Shown here: positions 50,277 through 64,000 of the stretch, piece after piece | How positions within the stretch are numbered: the first letter of the stretch is position 1 | Layout of the letters: each line of letters begins with the position of its first letter | NCBI GenBank assembly: GCA_951406725.2 | Contig: OX597815.1 | Location: 135,036,001 to 135,100,000, forward strand | DNA length: 64,000 nucleotides | Direction: 5' to 3' | DNA from: Octopus vulgaris | Lineage: Eukaryota | Program-made: the position numbers and the translations under genes | The notes under the pieces: generated by a model | Databases searched by the model: none | Told to the model about the DNA's origin: nothing | The model's input: the letters and a program-made list of their open reading frames with translations, nothing else

Positions 50277-53200
50277 ATGGGAATGATATATTTTACTTAA
50301 AAGGAATACCTTGGGATAACTATAAGGAAGTTAGGAGACTAACAGGACCTTATCTAATAAATCATTACCAGACCAATGAAAGAGAAATAAAAGCCTACTA
50401 TCAACAAGTTAACACAAGAGAATTATCAACTTGTGTTTATATAAGGCCAATATTGATTGTTAAAGGATATTGAGGAAAATGTAGACGATGATGATGGTGG
50501 CAATGACTGAAGATAAGACTGCTTACAATGAAGACAATAGAAGAGAATGGTAATGATGGTAAATGACAAAACTGATAAGGATGCTAATAAGAATAATTAT
50601 GAGAAATTTGAAGGTGATAATAGCACTGGAGATGATGAGCATGTCAAACACTGCAACTGAAGATGAATGAAAACAAAGAATGTACAAATGAAAATGATGA
50701 TGGTGGTGGTGGTGGAGGTAGTGTTGAAAATGGCAAAAGAATGCAATTAAAATTAAAGTTCTATAATAATAAAAATGAAAATTCGACAAGCTACCTGCTA
50801 CACGGGTCAACTACTCCAAAAGCTTTTAGCAACAAAAGAGACAGCTATTAAAATAAGAAATATCCCCTCCCAAAATGAGCATGTGTTACTACAGAGGAAA
50901 AGATAGAGAGCTGTCACTTAGATGTTGGGTTTTTCAGAACAAGTATTTTTAAGTTGACACTTAGGAAAACTGCATATGACAACAAAGCCAAACTGTATCT
51001 AGGTTTACACTCTGTTATGGATCATCTGTTCTCTGACACTCTCCATAGCCTTCGAAATCTGATCCAGTACTTTAATGCTGCCATAATATGCTCTCTCTAA
51101 GGTATTTCTAAAGCCATTTACAATGAAATTACTACACCAGTCACAGAGTATGACACCTTCCTGTCCTTGATAATCTTTAAAAGAACAAACTTAATTTCAT
51201 GCACACACACACACACACACACTGCACTAACACATGCATACAGAGTAAAAAAGGATAGAAATGATAGAAGTGTATGTGTGTGTGTGTGAGTGCACACGTC
51301 TGCAATACGGATGTTGAGATTAGTTCAAGTCTGTTGCAGTGTTAAGTAATCTTTGTGTATGTTTATGAGGTGCTGTTTACTTACTGAGGTTTCACAGTCG
51401 GTAGGGTGGGGTAAACTGGTAAGAAATGCAATCACTCAGCAGTTATAGGGCCTCACTACCAGCTCTACATCAACCCACCTAACAATACCCCTACACCGTC
51501 ACTCTAACCAACTTATTAGATTATTTTGTTCTATTTTACTGTCATTACCCGCCTCTCTCTCTCTCTCTTTCTCCCCTTCTCTTATACACATGCACACACT
51601 GTCTCTCTTCCTCTCTCCTAATTTTAAGTAGGTTGGAATGGATAGCTATATTTTTAACTCATTACTCTTTCACACACATACACAAAGTAGATTTAACTAG
51701 AATTAGATCAACATTCTAGAAAAAAATACAGCATCAACAGCAACATGTGTGGTACAGAAAAGTCAGAGCCTGTAACTATATTTCATGTAAATGTAATGTA
51801 TAAATGTATAAAAAAAACATTTATATTATTTATTTATGTGCATAAATAAATACATGTATGTGCATGTTTACACATACATATGTGTATGTGTACTTGTGTG
51901 CGTGTGTACAAGTGACTATGTGTAAATAACACATAACTGAGTGCATGTGTGTATATAGGCTATGTTTATATTAGCAAAGGGAATCAGAAGGGTGTACAGG
52001 TGTACTGCATATACCTATTTTTCAGTTTACAGGTTTTTTTTTTCTATGTTGAATGACTTCTAAAGAAACATTCTAAGCCGTTTGCAAGTTTACATCAAGA
52101 AAAATTTACTAGTTTATATATTTTAGTCATGCATGCATAGTCTATTCAGTTCAGATTTTATAATAAAATACTAAGTAAATATTACATTGCAGTATAGTAT
52201 TCAGAAAAAGAGTGTTTCAGTATTCTTTCTGGTTAGATGTTTGGAGGTAGGGAGTAACAACTAAATGGTATTGTGAAGAGTAGAGTAAAGAAATGTGAAG
52301 TCAGGTCAAGAAATGTGAAGTCAAATCAAGTCAAGTATTACCAGTACTTCCATGCATTGGGAGAGAGAAAGGGGACTAAAATCTCTATCTGTATTTTATG
52401 ATTAATTGATATGATTAAATAATATTGTTTTTTATTTGTATTCTTAATGTGGTTTTGTATTAAATATATAGCATATACTTTCGTGTTTTACATATAATCA
52501 TTAAATTCAAATTTGACAACTGTTTTGTAGAATTTAATAAGACATAAGACAAAAATTTACCATCAATAATAATAGAATGTATTTTTGATTGTGGAGCTAC
52601 CTGAGTAATCATAAAATATTAAAGAATTATGGTGGCACAAAGCCATAACCTCTGGCAGACCACAACCCAACCAAAAATGACACTTGCATCAGAATCAGCA
52701 ACTTCATTTGGAATAGTAGGGGTGATGAGACAGGTTCTTCAATCATAGCTCAAATCTATAAATATACCATTTTAAATATATGTCATAATGACATGTAAAT
52801 CATAGAAACCTTGCAGGAATGCATGTAGTGGTACCCTCTAGAGATGCTTCAACAAATCAACATTCAGCATTCAGTGATCAGCCAATAGAAGAATGTTTTA
52901 CATGGAGCTATCGCTAACATAACCAAAGTGACACTCTGCTTGTGTACCATTGACAACCCAAATGTTGCTCTGCTTGCAAAAGGATAAGCGTGAAGAAGCC
53001 TTTAACATGGATCTTCATCAAAAGAAAGAGATGTTCTGAATATTAAATTCATATGTTGAAGTGAAATCCATGGGAATTTTAAGGCCATTGATATGAACAT
53101 ACACACACCTACCTACCTACCTACCTACCTCCTTACACAGACACACACACACATACATATCAAATATTCAAGGCTGAATTAAATGATTAAAATGTTGTAT

Positions 53201-56200
53201 GACTTGTTTCACAGGTTCACAAAAGGCTGTACAGTATATTTTAGCCATAGCAATGTTTATGATTTTAATTACTCAAAATTAAACTCACACAGACAGATAT
53301 GCTACATCTGGCATGTGCTTCAAATTGCCAGTAAGCAGTTTTTGCCAGTTATACATTTAGCTGTAGGTGCACCACATAAATTACGCCTAGTCAACATTTT
53401 AGGCCTACTTGATTGATGTTCTTCTGTGTGAGGATGATATTACTCGCATAGTAGTTGTATGACTAACTTAACATTGCATATTTAACTGACTGTGGCTAAG
53501 TATTTAGACTGGGTTTACATGATCTTAATTAGAAATTGCTATATTTGGTTTGAATTAGGTAGCATAATACATAATTCAATGCTTTTCTATTGTCTCTCCC
53601 AATAAGATATAACCATTTTTGATTAGGTGTCTGCATTGGATAAGATTAGAATGGACATGGCATAAATGAAATAGGCAGCATCAATAGTTTTTCAAACTAA
53701 AAAGTGAATCGTGAATATTTTACTGGTTCTACTTAGCAACAATGCAACTAGAAAATTATATTCTACACATTTTATTATATTATATATCTAGTATCTATAT
53801 ATTTTGAGAGATACAACCCTGAGAAAATGATTAAACTAAAATATTGTAAAAGACTGCCATTAAAAAAGCAAAATTACTTTAAAATAATGGTTTCATTCAT
53901 ATTGTTCATTCAGTGCTGTCCTTGTATGGTGATGACATTTCAAAAGACACTGAAAAATGTGATCTTCCAAATTGCTGGACACAAGAAATTTGCTTTAAAA
54001 AATTATCACCTGTTTTACTATTGAAAACAGAAAATTAGGTTGTAGTGTATATAGCAAGTATGGCAAACTTGAAGGAACATAAGGAATTCATTTGCTTTGT
54101 GAGTGTTGCAGTGCTGCAAGTGGCAAAGCATCAGTAATGTTAGGGCAAAAATCAAAGACTGCAAAACTATTCCTTGATATTTTCCTGGAATATAAACAAC
54201 ATAATCATATCTGGAACACTTTTGATGACAAGTGGGCTGGATTGGGGTTGATCTATAGATAAATACAACAATGCAGATAGAAATACTCAGTGTCTTAAGT
54301 AAGTTGCACACTTAAGGAATATATATTAAATTGTTACATTATCACATTATCCAATCAAATTAATGCATTAATTACAGATAATCAGATCAATATAAATGTA
54401 AATATGTGCTGCTAACTGGTAATCCATAGTTAGTAAGCCTAAGAATAAGTAAAATTAATTGTGTGAGACCATACAGCACAGTAATTTAATATTTAAGAAG
54501 ATATCTAAAATATGTTTATCTATGGAATTATTCTATAATATAAAATAATACTTATTTTATATATTGACTAAAATATATGAAATCACACACATACATGCAT
54601 GTGTGTATGAGATGAACATACATACTAATATGTATGAAAAGATTTACCTATGGCTTATACATACATATGTATTCTTCATCCATTCAGTTTTATGGCCATC
54701 TTCCTATGGTTAGATGAGTACTTATTATTGAGGCATAGTTTTTCATCCAAATGCCCTTCCTGTTTCCAAGTAAGTAATATTTTCTTGTGGGAAGACATGT
54801 TTTTCAAGGAAGATTGGGAATGAACAATATTTCTTGTATAATGGTGATGCTCATTTACAACAATCGAGTGATTTCAAGACAAGGCAACACACAAACACTT
54901 CTGTATATATGCAGGGCTGGTTGTGTGATTAAGAAGTGTCTCCCAATCATATTGGCATGACATCAGCCACCTTTATCCATTTATGTAAAATGCAAAGTAG
55001 CTATGAATCTCTCCAACATTAGAACCATTCTTACTCCTCCTATCATACACTGACCACTCAACACATCATATAAAGCAACCATTCAAGCTCCTATTGTCCC
55101 TCTCAGGTGAGAGGTTTCTGTAGTCTTCTGAATTATATGGCAACAACCTCACTAGTGTACTTTATACACTCTGCAAAGCGGTTGACATCAGGAAAGGCAC
55201 CTAGCTGTAGAAACCATATCATAACAGAGACACTGGAAGAAAACATGTTCCTATGGTCTATAAAATCTTAACAATCCAACCCAAGTCAGCATAAAAAACA
55301 GATGCAATCATGATGATGATGATAATATATCCATCTTACAAGCATAATATTTACCACATTTGTTACCAATGCTGTTTCTGCCTGCCATATCCACATGGCA
55401 TTAAATTATTTTGCTCAGCAGTATTTTATTGTATTGCATGTCACAGATTTTACATTGCAACTAGAAATAAGACAAGTTCTTAAATCTCATCTTAACCCTT
55501 CTCCGACACCAAAAAGAAAAAGAAATAAAAAACCAAAACAAAAATAATCTAAAATTTCTTCTATAGAAATGCAATAATAATAATAATAATGATGATAATG
55601 AGAACAACAATTACCTAAAATATATAAATAAAAAACATGCAATGTAGGTTTATATATTTCTTTCATTGAAACATTTAATGAGTTTGGAGTGACATCTCTT
55701 AACCCCAAAAGAACTTGAACACTTTAATTAGATGACTGAAAGGGAGGCCCCAGCAGTGCAGCATGATACATGCAGCAGAGAGCAGTGTTGGAAAATGTAA
55801 TTTCAACATTCGTCTCATGTAAGTGAGAACTTACGACAACAACTCTTCAAAAAACCATTTGTTTTTCTCAATGTCTTATTTCTTTCTTGTCAGCTACATT
55901 TAAATGCCTTCCGTTGATTTATCTGGATCTATATCACAAAACAGTTGTTACTGAACCTTTTGTCTCATAAAATAAGCATCTACTGCTGCTTGAAGTGTTC
56001 CATATTTCTTATTATTCCCTTTGCTGCAGCTGTAAAAGACACATGGTCCCAATTCAAATTTAGCATAAATTGTTTTTCCCCAACACAGTGATCACCACCA
56101 CCATCGCTGTTTGTGCATTTAACAGTAAGCGTTAGATGCACTAAATCTTTATAAAAGCTTCATAGTGTCAAAATGAATATAGCATGAGCTATTTTTAAGA

Positions 56201-57419
56201 AACTTCATTCACTTCAATAATTCTTTCAGTAATTTTAGCTAGGTATGGCATGTAAGTTAGCAAGTGGTTAAGCTATACTGTAAGGAATTTGGTTGGTCAA
56301 GTGGTAGCATAACTAAGGTTTTAGTTAAGTATGTATCTACTGAGAAAGTTTCATAGCTTGATCACAAAATTTGAAAAAGAAGGCAAGTATAATATCTAAA
56401 GTTATGTTCCAACAGATGTAATTAATCCATCTAACAAAAGAAGGTTTGAAACTTCTAAGTAAAAGCTTTTACTCCAGAATAGACACATTCAAAGCATATC
56501 AAAATAGATGTGTAAGTCATCGGGATAGAGGTACCACACACTATTTTGCAATCAATTACATAATCAGATGGAGAGAAGTTATACATGGGTAACACCAGAG
56601 AAGCTATGAAAATACAAGAAATATTTGAAGAGTTGCATCACAACAAACCTGTTAGAATAACAGATGCCTGAAACATCTAGACAAAAGTCAACAACCTCAT
56701 CAGCCCATGAAAACACAGTGGGTTTTAAACATCTGTTGTAAACTTTTTGTCAGACTGAAATGTTTAGAGCAAGTAGTCTTTGTAAGCCTGTGCAACTCAA
56801 TTTTCACAGCACAGCTTTATTTTTTTCTTTAATGAATGAATGAATAAATGAATGAAGCCAAATTTTCTTCTCTCATTACAACTCTAAAGCTATGTGTCAA
56901 CAAAACCCTTCCAAGCCAACAAAGGAACCTCTTGAGCCAGTGATTATCACACACAAGAGTGTGATAAAAATATCAATAATATATTTTGAAAAACAGTTTC
57001 TGTAAGGAACCTTCATAAAGCAGTGGATTGCAGACAATAGACAAATATTTCTTATAGGGAAAACTGAACTCAGCACTCTAATACTATGGAAGCTCACTCT
57101 GGTGTACTTGCATGTAAGTTGGTATACTAGGATTTAGGAAATTTAAATGTCTTGGTCATATTGCAACATCAATGAAAGGCTATAAGCCAGCAAATCTTCA
57201 GCTGATTATCACATAACCTATAAAGTACCTAGCAAAGAGTGTCTCTATGGATTTGCTCAATTTGCTAGAAATTTAACCAATTTAGTATCTTAGAAAACGA
57301 GGAATACATCAAGTAATGCCCTTCTAGATATGCCAACAATAAACAAAAATAGGATGGTCACAAATGGAATATGAGCATAGATTTGGTTGATGAGAGATGA
57401 CCAGAATCTAAACAATAAT

Positions 57420-58030
57420 AAACTTTAATTTTGTTTCTTTTGGACGTGATTGACTATGGGTTGTATCTTTTTGTTTTAGGTTTTTGTTTGATTGGAGCAG
57501 CATTGCTTGTGATTGAGAAACCCAATGTGAGAGAGACAAACTCTAGCAATTGCTACATCATCAGCAAACAGCATGTCTTTCATGAGTGGACTACATAATT
57601 TTATTGTGGCACTTGAAATAAACAGAAGAGACTACCATCTAACATGCAGGTAGATCATACAAGGGCATTTTCTGTTTTTGTCACTTCGCTTGCAGTTCAT
57701 AAAGAAAGAAAACCATATCTGCTATTGGTCTTTCAACCTTGAATCTGAACTATGACTGGATATAAATATTCTGCTGGCTTCTGAAGGTAATACAAGATGA
57801 CCTGAACAAGGGTTTTACCAATGTTGTTGAAGAAAAAGATGCCTTTGAAATTGTAGTCATCATCCTTGCCTTCATTTTAACAGAGGGTGTTGTCTTGCTC
57901 TGATCTAGCTCAAGTACCTTAATAATGTCTTGAAATACTCTTTTTTTCCTTAGTGCACCAGTCTCAAGTAGCCCTGCTTTCTGAAGAGTGGCTATATTAT
58001 GTTCATGCAAGATAGGGTGGTGTTATAGAG
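57420..58030 (-). mobile_element. Adjacent LINE fragments: RTE RT (57420-57680) and R4-like C-terminus (~57930-58030)
   Basis: LMKDMLFADDVAIA; NIATLQKAGLLET.ALRK (cf. LQKA.LLGT..ILRK). Confidence 0.6.
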
Positions 58031-59127
58031 TGGTTGCTCATACTCTCATCATATCACTGGCAAATCCAAAGGAATGGCAGAGATGGAACAGTTTGTTACT
58101 GTTGTCACAGGAGCTGCCTAAATGAGTTCATAGGTTATCATAAACTGACTCCAGATTCATCTTCAAAATTCTCTCCTGAAGTGTTGTCTGTAACTGGGTA
58201 TGGCCACAAAGCAGCTGAGGTTAGAAATCAGAGATTTTCTTCTCTTATATGGACTGCCTTCTCAATCTGATGAATATTATATACTTGAAGTACATAAAAT
58301 GAAGTGTTGCCCAGCTTGGGAATCAAACCCACAACCTTATGATCATGACTCAAAAGCCTTAACTACAAAGCAATTGTGCTTGCAGCAAAAATACGGAACA
58401 CTTCATAAACTTAAATGTCATTATTGTGCAGAAGCTATACTCAACTTCTTCGCATTGTTCCAGTTATAAAATATGTACTACCAAGTCTAGAAATAAACAA
58501 GAAAATAATCTATATGTGTCACATCTCTACCCGTAATATGCTTGGTGGATTTAATATATTATACCTTCCCCACCTCGCACAAAAGTTGGCTCTCTTCTTA
58601 ATCAAAAGTCTCCTCTTCCACCTCTTCACTACCACCAGTTAAGAAATCATTATCCTTATTACTAACAAGAGAACAAAAGGAAATAACATTGCACAGATGA
58701 AAATGTACTCAAAAGAAAATATTCAGTACAGTTTGCACAGACATGCATACACATACACACACACACACATGTATACATACACACATGCACACAAACAATA
58801 TCCTTCAGTCTCCTCCAATTATTCCATTTGAAAACAACTTCACCTCAATAAGATATTTTTGATACAGCACTTTTGCCAGTCTTTCTACAGAAATCTCTTT
58901 GTAATCTCATTTCTTGGCAAGCTGGCAGCAGCATTCTTTTGGTGCATTTCATAGAAGGTGTGTGTGTGTGTGTGAGAGAGTGAGTGTGTGTGTGCGCGTA
59001 GTAAGTTTATGAAGACAGACAAAAACATAGAAATGCGGGCTGAAGAGAAAGGGTGGAAAGATAGGCATTTAATGAATAAGTAGTTATGTAGATTTAGATG
59101 TGTTTATGTGTATTTGTGTGTATGTAT

Positions 59128-59171
<44 letters not shown>

Positions 59172-59176
<5 letters not shown>

Positions 59177-59570
59177 AAGTAGTACCTGACCTTCCCAGGG
59201 TATATAAAATTTAAAGTAAACACAATTACACTAATTCATTTCGTTTCGGATAAAATGCTTTGAAAAGGTGCTGACAATCTTCTGTTGGTCTGGGAATGTT
59301 AATTTGCTCAAAATTGTTGTATCCAAGCAATGCAGAAGATGCTTTAGGTTGAGCTTCATAATAATGTCTTCACCCACATAAAAAAAAAAAAAAAGGAAAA
59401 CCAAAACCAAAAAAAAAAACTGTATAGAAGAAACTAAGAAGTGACATAACTTATGACCATCATCTTGACAAGATGCATCTCTGTGCCAAATTTCAGCTAC
59501 CACAGTGCAAAATTGTGGCCCTCAACTTGGAACATACATAGATATGCACACATACTTTCACTTCATGCAT
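59172..59570 (+). mobile_element. Helentron/DINE-1-like non-autonomous element
   Basis: 5' ACTAG followed by a short hairpin TACCTGACCTTCCCAGGGTA, internal TGTGCCAAATTTCAG, then an ACATACATAG microsatellite-like segment. Confidence 0.5.
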
Positions 59571-60227
59571 TGTTATGTCTTTGGGCGTTTGAATATCTCA
59601 TTGCCAATAATGTTATGGCGACATTGGGGTTTGCACAAGGGTGTAGGAATAATATTACCCAAATAAATATTTGGATATGTTTATCTAGAATAATCTTTCA
59701 CAGAAATATGTTCACATAGAATGTGCTCTGTACTATGCCAAACGAAGGTACGTATGATATTACACTAACACAGTAATCCAAACCAAATTATAAATGCTAT
59801 TAACTACCAACAGTTCACACAGTTTCTTTATTTTATTGAAATGCATGTCCACTTTTGGCCACATGGGGGTGGTCAGGATCCTTCCACAACATATATTAAG
59901 AAGATAAAGAATATGTATGTACACATATTTACATCACCAGAATCACAATTTAATATCTGTTTTCCCTGTTGGTATGGGTTGGATGGCCGGTTAGGGACTA
60001 GCATAGTTTGTTTCGGCTTGGTTTTCTTTTTTAAGCTGGACACCCTTTGTAATGCCAACCACTTCAAAGAGTGTACTGGGTGCTTTTTACATGGCACACT
60101 AATACTTGGTTTTAGGATATCAATTCTGCTGTGGTGGGTGGGTCTTCTTGAGTACAGCAATGTGCCATATATTTCAGTCCTCAGTCATCTCCTTCACAAT
60201 ACATACATATAAAAAGTTATGATAAAC

Positions 60228-60453
60228 ACAAGATACAACCTGTATCATTTGTTCCCTACATATGTTTCACCTATGTGGCTATTTGCATCTTTTGCATTAG
60301 ATGTTCTATGTAAAAATGGATGCTGAACCACAAAAGATCATCAGGGGAATACTTTATTGTATTGCTACCATAAATCAAATAGTCAGATCAATGCAAATAA
60401 CTAAAAAATGGTGAAATGTACATAGGGAACAAATGCTATAAACTGCATCTTGT
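60228..60453. mobile_element. MITE-like element with ~44-bp imperfect TIRs
   Basis: ACAAGATACAACCTGTATCATTTGTTCCCTACATATGTTTCACC versus GGTGAAATGTACATAGGGAACAAATGCTATAAACTGCATCTTGT; no clear TSD. Confidence 0.65.
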
Positions 60454-60798
60454 TAGTAGGTTTACTGATATATTTTTAATCATTAATTTCCTACTCGTGT
60501 GTGTGTGTGTGTGTGTGCACTACATGCATGCATATCATCATCACTTAATGCCTGCTTTCCATGCTGGCATGAGTTGGATGCTTTGATAGGAGCTGTTGAA
60601 CCAGGGGACTGTGACAAGCTCTACTGTCTGCTTTGGAATGGTTTCTAGGGCTGGGTGTCCTTCTAGTTTAAAGCACAAGAAATAGTAAATTATGTTACCA
60701 AGTCAAAAGAATCAAAGACTATATGAACTCAAGGGATCGAGACAAACCATTCCAAGTGGTTCCACTTGTGAGTAATGCTGAGGTGTCATTTAAAGATT

Positions 60799-60945
60799 TT
60801 GTTGTTTAGCTCCAGGTGGAGCTGTTTGAGCAGACCTATCATCAAAAGCATCCAAACATGACCATCATGTCATTTTACAAGTATCTAGGATTCTATTATT
60901 TAATGTGTCCTTCACTTTTAAGATGGTCAATTTAAGGGAGAGGTA
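60799..60945. repeat. Fourth dispersed SINE-like repeat family
   Basis: TTGTTGTTTAGC..GAGCAGACCTAT.ATCAAA.GCAT.CCA..ATGACCATC..CTAGGA...ATTAT..AATGTGTCC. Copies at ~19020-19150 (-), 23780-23895, 24500-24920, 32030-32210, 42810-43010 and 57235-57420 (-). Confidence 0.7.
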
Positions 60946-61276
60946 GGAAGATGAATAACTATGTTGTATGTAGAAGTATCCTTGTTAGCTTTTACTTATC
61001 ATTGCATTTCATGGACATGTATATGTATAGTCAGCGGATCATATACCTGAAAAAGAAGCACTCTCTAAAGCATAGAGCAGTAATGTATTTACATGTAGTT
61101 AAATATACGTCCAGTCTTACAGTGATCAATGGTTTCACATCCATAAAGCATTAGCTTTATAGGTGACTTAGTCAGACTCTAATAGTGTTAGAATTTAATG
61201 AGTGGATGAGAAACCACTGGTTACTCTATGACCAGATACATATTTAACTACATGTAAATATATATAAGTATATATA

Positions 61277-61519
61277 AATAAGGATAAGATCGTTAATTTA
61301 AAATAAAATAATGATTTTATCAGAGTGGCCATCATGGAAAAAATAACCTTCAATGGTAATAATTATTGCAATTATAAATTAGGGTATTAGTTTCATCTTG
61401 TCTCTTCGTTTTCTCTCCGTGTTGGTATATGGAAAATTAAGATGGTTTTAGAGTCAGATCATGGCTGCTATTTTCAGCATGGTGGTATCTCGTAGATACC
61501 CTAATTTATAATTTTATAA

Positions 61520-61520
<1 letters not shown>
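61277..61520. repeat. (TA)n-embedded AT-rich element with inverted repeat
   Basis: AATTATAAATTAGGGTAT..ATACCCTAATTTATAATT; related to 46917-47068. Confidence 0.6.
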
Positions 61521-61569
<49 letters not shown>

Positions 61570-62844
61570 GTGCATGTGCATGTGTGTGTAAAGTGAAGTG
61601 GGTGTTAACATATTTGATGTAGTAAGCCAAGAAATTTTAATTAACAAAATTAAAAAGAGTAAGTTTGATCTTTAGCAATTCTGGAAATGTTTCAGTGTTA
61701 TCAAACATCTTTAGCAAAGTACAGGCTAATCATTATTGCAGATCTTAAATTGAACAGAGAAGTAAAGAGTATTTTCTGAATGAACACAAAGTGACATGAT
61801 AAATAAAAAGAAGCATTGGAGAGTAAATGCCAAGGAATATTTTCTGCATGAAAACTTAGTAAACTCTTCATCACTAAATGTGTAATTTCATTTAAATCTA
61901 AACTACTGACTTACTACATCAAGTAAGTTCAGGCCCACTACTTTTTTTTTTTTTACTTTTCTTGTAGCAGATATTTCTGGGTACGTTATCTCTCAGACAT
62001 TCTTTTAAGTAACAAAAATATATTGTATTCATCCAAAAGTCCTATACACTTCTCAAGTCATTGATGATGTGCAGTAACAGTTAAACTATGCTTTGCAGAT
62101 GAGGCCCAATAACACTGAAATATATCTAGAGTAATTGCACTAGTATTAAAGATCAAACTCGTTCATACTGCTTTATAGATAGAATTTGAATAAATTAAAA
62201 TAATTTTTAGAGCTGTTGCTATCTGCCTTTATTGGCCAGGATTAGTAATTTGAAAAAAATGTTGTGCTTATTTTTAGAGTATAATGTTAATTAATTAGAA
62301 TTTTTTTTGTTTACTACAACAAATAGGTTAACCTACATTTTTATTATTCAGTTTTCAGACAGATCTCTCAGGGTATTTATTCACTATCATTGTGTGTGTG
62401 TGTGTGTGTGTGGTGGTGTGTGTGTGTGTGCGCGCGCGTATTCTCAGCCTGGAATTTGGCCATTTATATCCCAGCTTCCTGGCTGGCATTTCAGTACATG
62501 TAATGTTGCCACAACTATTATGCATGCTGGACTAGATGGATAGATAGATAGATAGATAGACAGACAGCCTAAATTAAGTGCAATCTGACATAATATTAGG
62601 AGACTAATTGGATATGGATCAGTAAAGCTTAGCAACTGTGATGATGGTGGTTATGATGATGATGATGATGATCATCATCATCATCATCGTCATGTCCTTC
62701 TCTTTGATAATGCCAATAATGATAATGAGGAGGAAAAAGAGAAAAAAACATGACAAATAACAATATTCTATATTTCATTTGCTAAGATTGTTCTTTGTGA
62801 AATAGTATAATGGCAACAAAGTGTAAGACACGCAAATACACAGA

Positions 62845-62904
<60 letters not shown>

Positions 62905-63129
62905 TCATACATATGTGTGTGTGTGTGTGCGTTTGTGTATTATTTAATGAAAATTTGATTCGAACAAACAATTTACAGATGACAGTAATTCACTTATATG
63001 AAATGTTACAAGTTTTTACAAATAACCAAAAATATTATCAACAAGCATGAAGCATAAAATGTTAATGTCTTCCAGCTGAAAACTGAATATTTTCTTCAGA
63101 ATGTCACTCATCCTCACTCGCTGTGTATA

Positions 63130-64000
63130 TGAGGGTGGACTGAAAATTTCATTGGTTGACTATGAAGAAGTAATGCTAGAGCTGTGAAATCTTGCATGCT
63201 TTAATTTCAAATCTTCATATTGATAACTGCATTGTTTCTATCCAGATAAACTGACATCTCACTGTCCAAAGTAGACTTTAATAGTAATGAGTAGTGATTT
63301 CTCTTAAAAATCGACAAATTTTGGTATCGTGGCATTAAGAATTATCTACTAAAATGAATTTATTCCCTTAAGGACATTCATGCTGACATGGCTGCTACAT
63401 TAGAGCATGATGTTACAATTTTATCAACAAGGCAAAAGTGGGCAGCTGAATTTAGTAGGAGAATGGAAAGTCTTGAAGATGACTCATTGTCTGGACATCC
63501 TGCAACTGCCACCATGGAAGAAAACATTGATTGTGTTCATCATGTGCTGATAGAGGACAGGTGATTGACTATAAATCAAACAGCCAATGCTATTAGCATA
63601 TCCTGTAAGAGAGTTGAGAATGTTTTGTACAACAAACTTGGAAAGACAGTTTCTGCTTGGTGGGTCTTCTGACACCTGATCAGAAGCGCACCAGCCTGAT
63701 TAAATCACAGGAAAATCTTATGTTGTTTGAGGTAGATCCAGCTGGTTTCCTTCAATGTTTTGTAACCCAAGATGAGTGTTGGGTTCATCACTTTGAGTCA
63801 GAGATAATCCTTGTAGTGAAAACACCCCTTGCAGTTATAAAAGTCGTGAAAACACCCTGAGGCAGTTATAAAAGGCTATCAAGATCAAACACCCAGGGAA
63901 ACTGATGAAAGGGGTCTTGCTTATTGAAGACAATACTCCAGCACACAAGTCTTTGGTTTCACTGACTACTGTGAGTGACTGTGGCTTTGAACTGGTTGAT
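63130..64000 (+). mobile_element. Mariner element (irritans-like), decayed, runs off the window end
   Basis: TA|TGAGGGTGGACTGAAAA terminus; DIHADM..L..QKWAAEF..ESLEDD..SGHPATAT..FVTQDECWVHHFE..EDNTPAHK. Confidence 0.9.

Noticed and set aside
51295-51352. Hairpin CTGCAATACGGATGTTGA..TCAAGTCTGTTGCAG as a pre-miRNA
   Set aside because: The stem is only ~15-20 bp with no lower stem, and it matches no miRNA I recognise; small-RNA data would be needed.
56400-56780. Possible Penelope GIY-YIG C-terminal remnant (REAMKIQE)
   Set aside because: Single short motif; too degenerate to call.
413-62971. Most ORFs in the supplied track (YIYI, HTHT, CVCV, RERE and F/L/S-rich peptides)
   Set aside because: They are translations of microsatellites, purine/pyrimidine tracts or SINEs, with no splice-site-bounded coding signature.

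Overview
AT-rich, repeat-dense eukaryotic genomic DNA, almost entirely intronic or intergenic. It is most likely from an octopod cephalopod; this is inferred from abundant (TA)n/(CA)n/(GA)n microsatellites, three tRNA-derived SINE families and RTE-tailed repeats, and is not verified. No complete gene is present. The only convincing host exon is a minus-strand, start-codon-containing exon at 20710-20861 of an unidentified gene, about 8 kb downstream of a CpG-retaining island (~28.8-33.8 kb) that may be its promoter. The rest is a transposon fossil record: mariner (DD34D), maT (DD37D), Tc1, hAT, piggyBac-, Merlin- and Mutator-like MITEs, and RTE, CR1, R4-clade and Gypsy relics. The most notable signal is a set of long fold-back elements embedded in (TA)n tracts. 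The youngest (2376-2730) carries on each strand a motif with the architecture of a Penelope-type minimal hammerhead ribozyme but with a compensatory G3-C8 core swap (GUGAACA instead of CUGANGA). All calls were made by eye; boundaries of old elements are approximate. Most ORFs in the supplied track are microsatellite or transposon artefacts.
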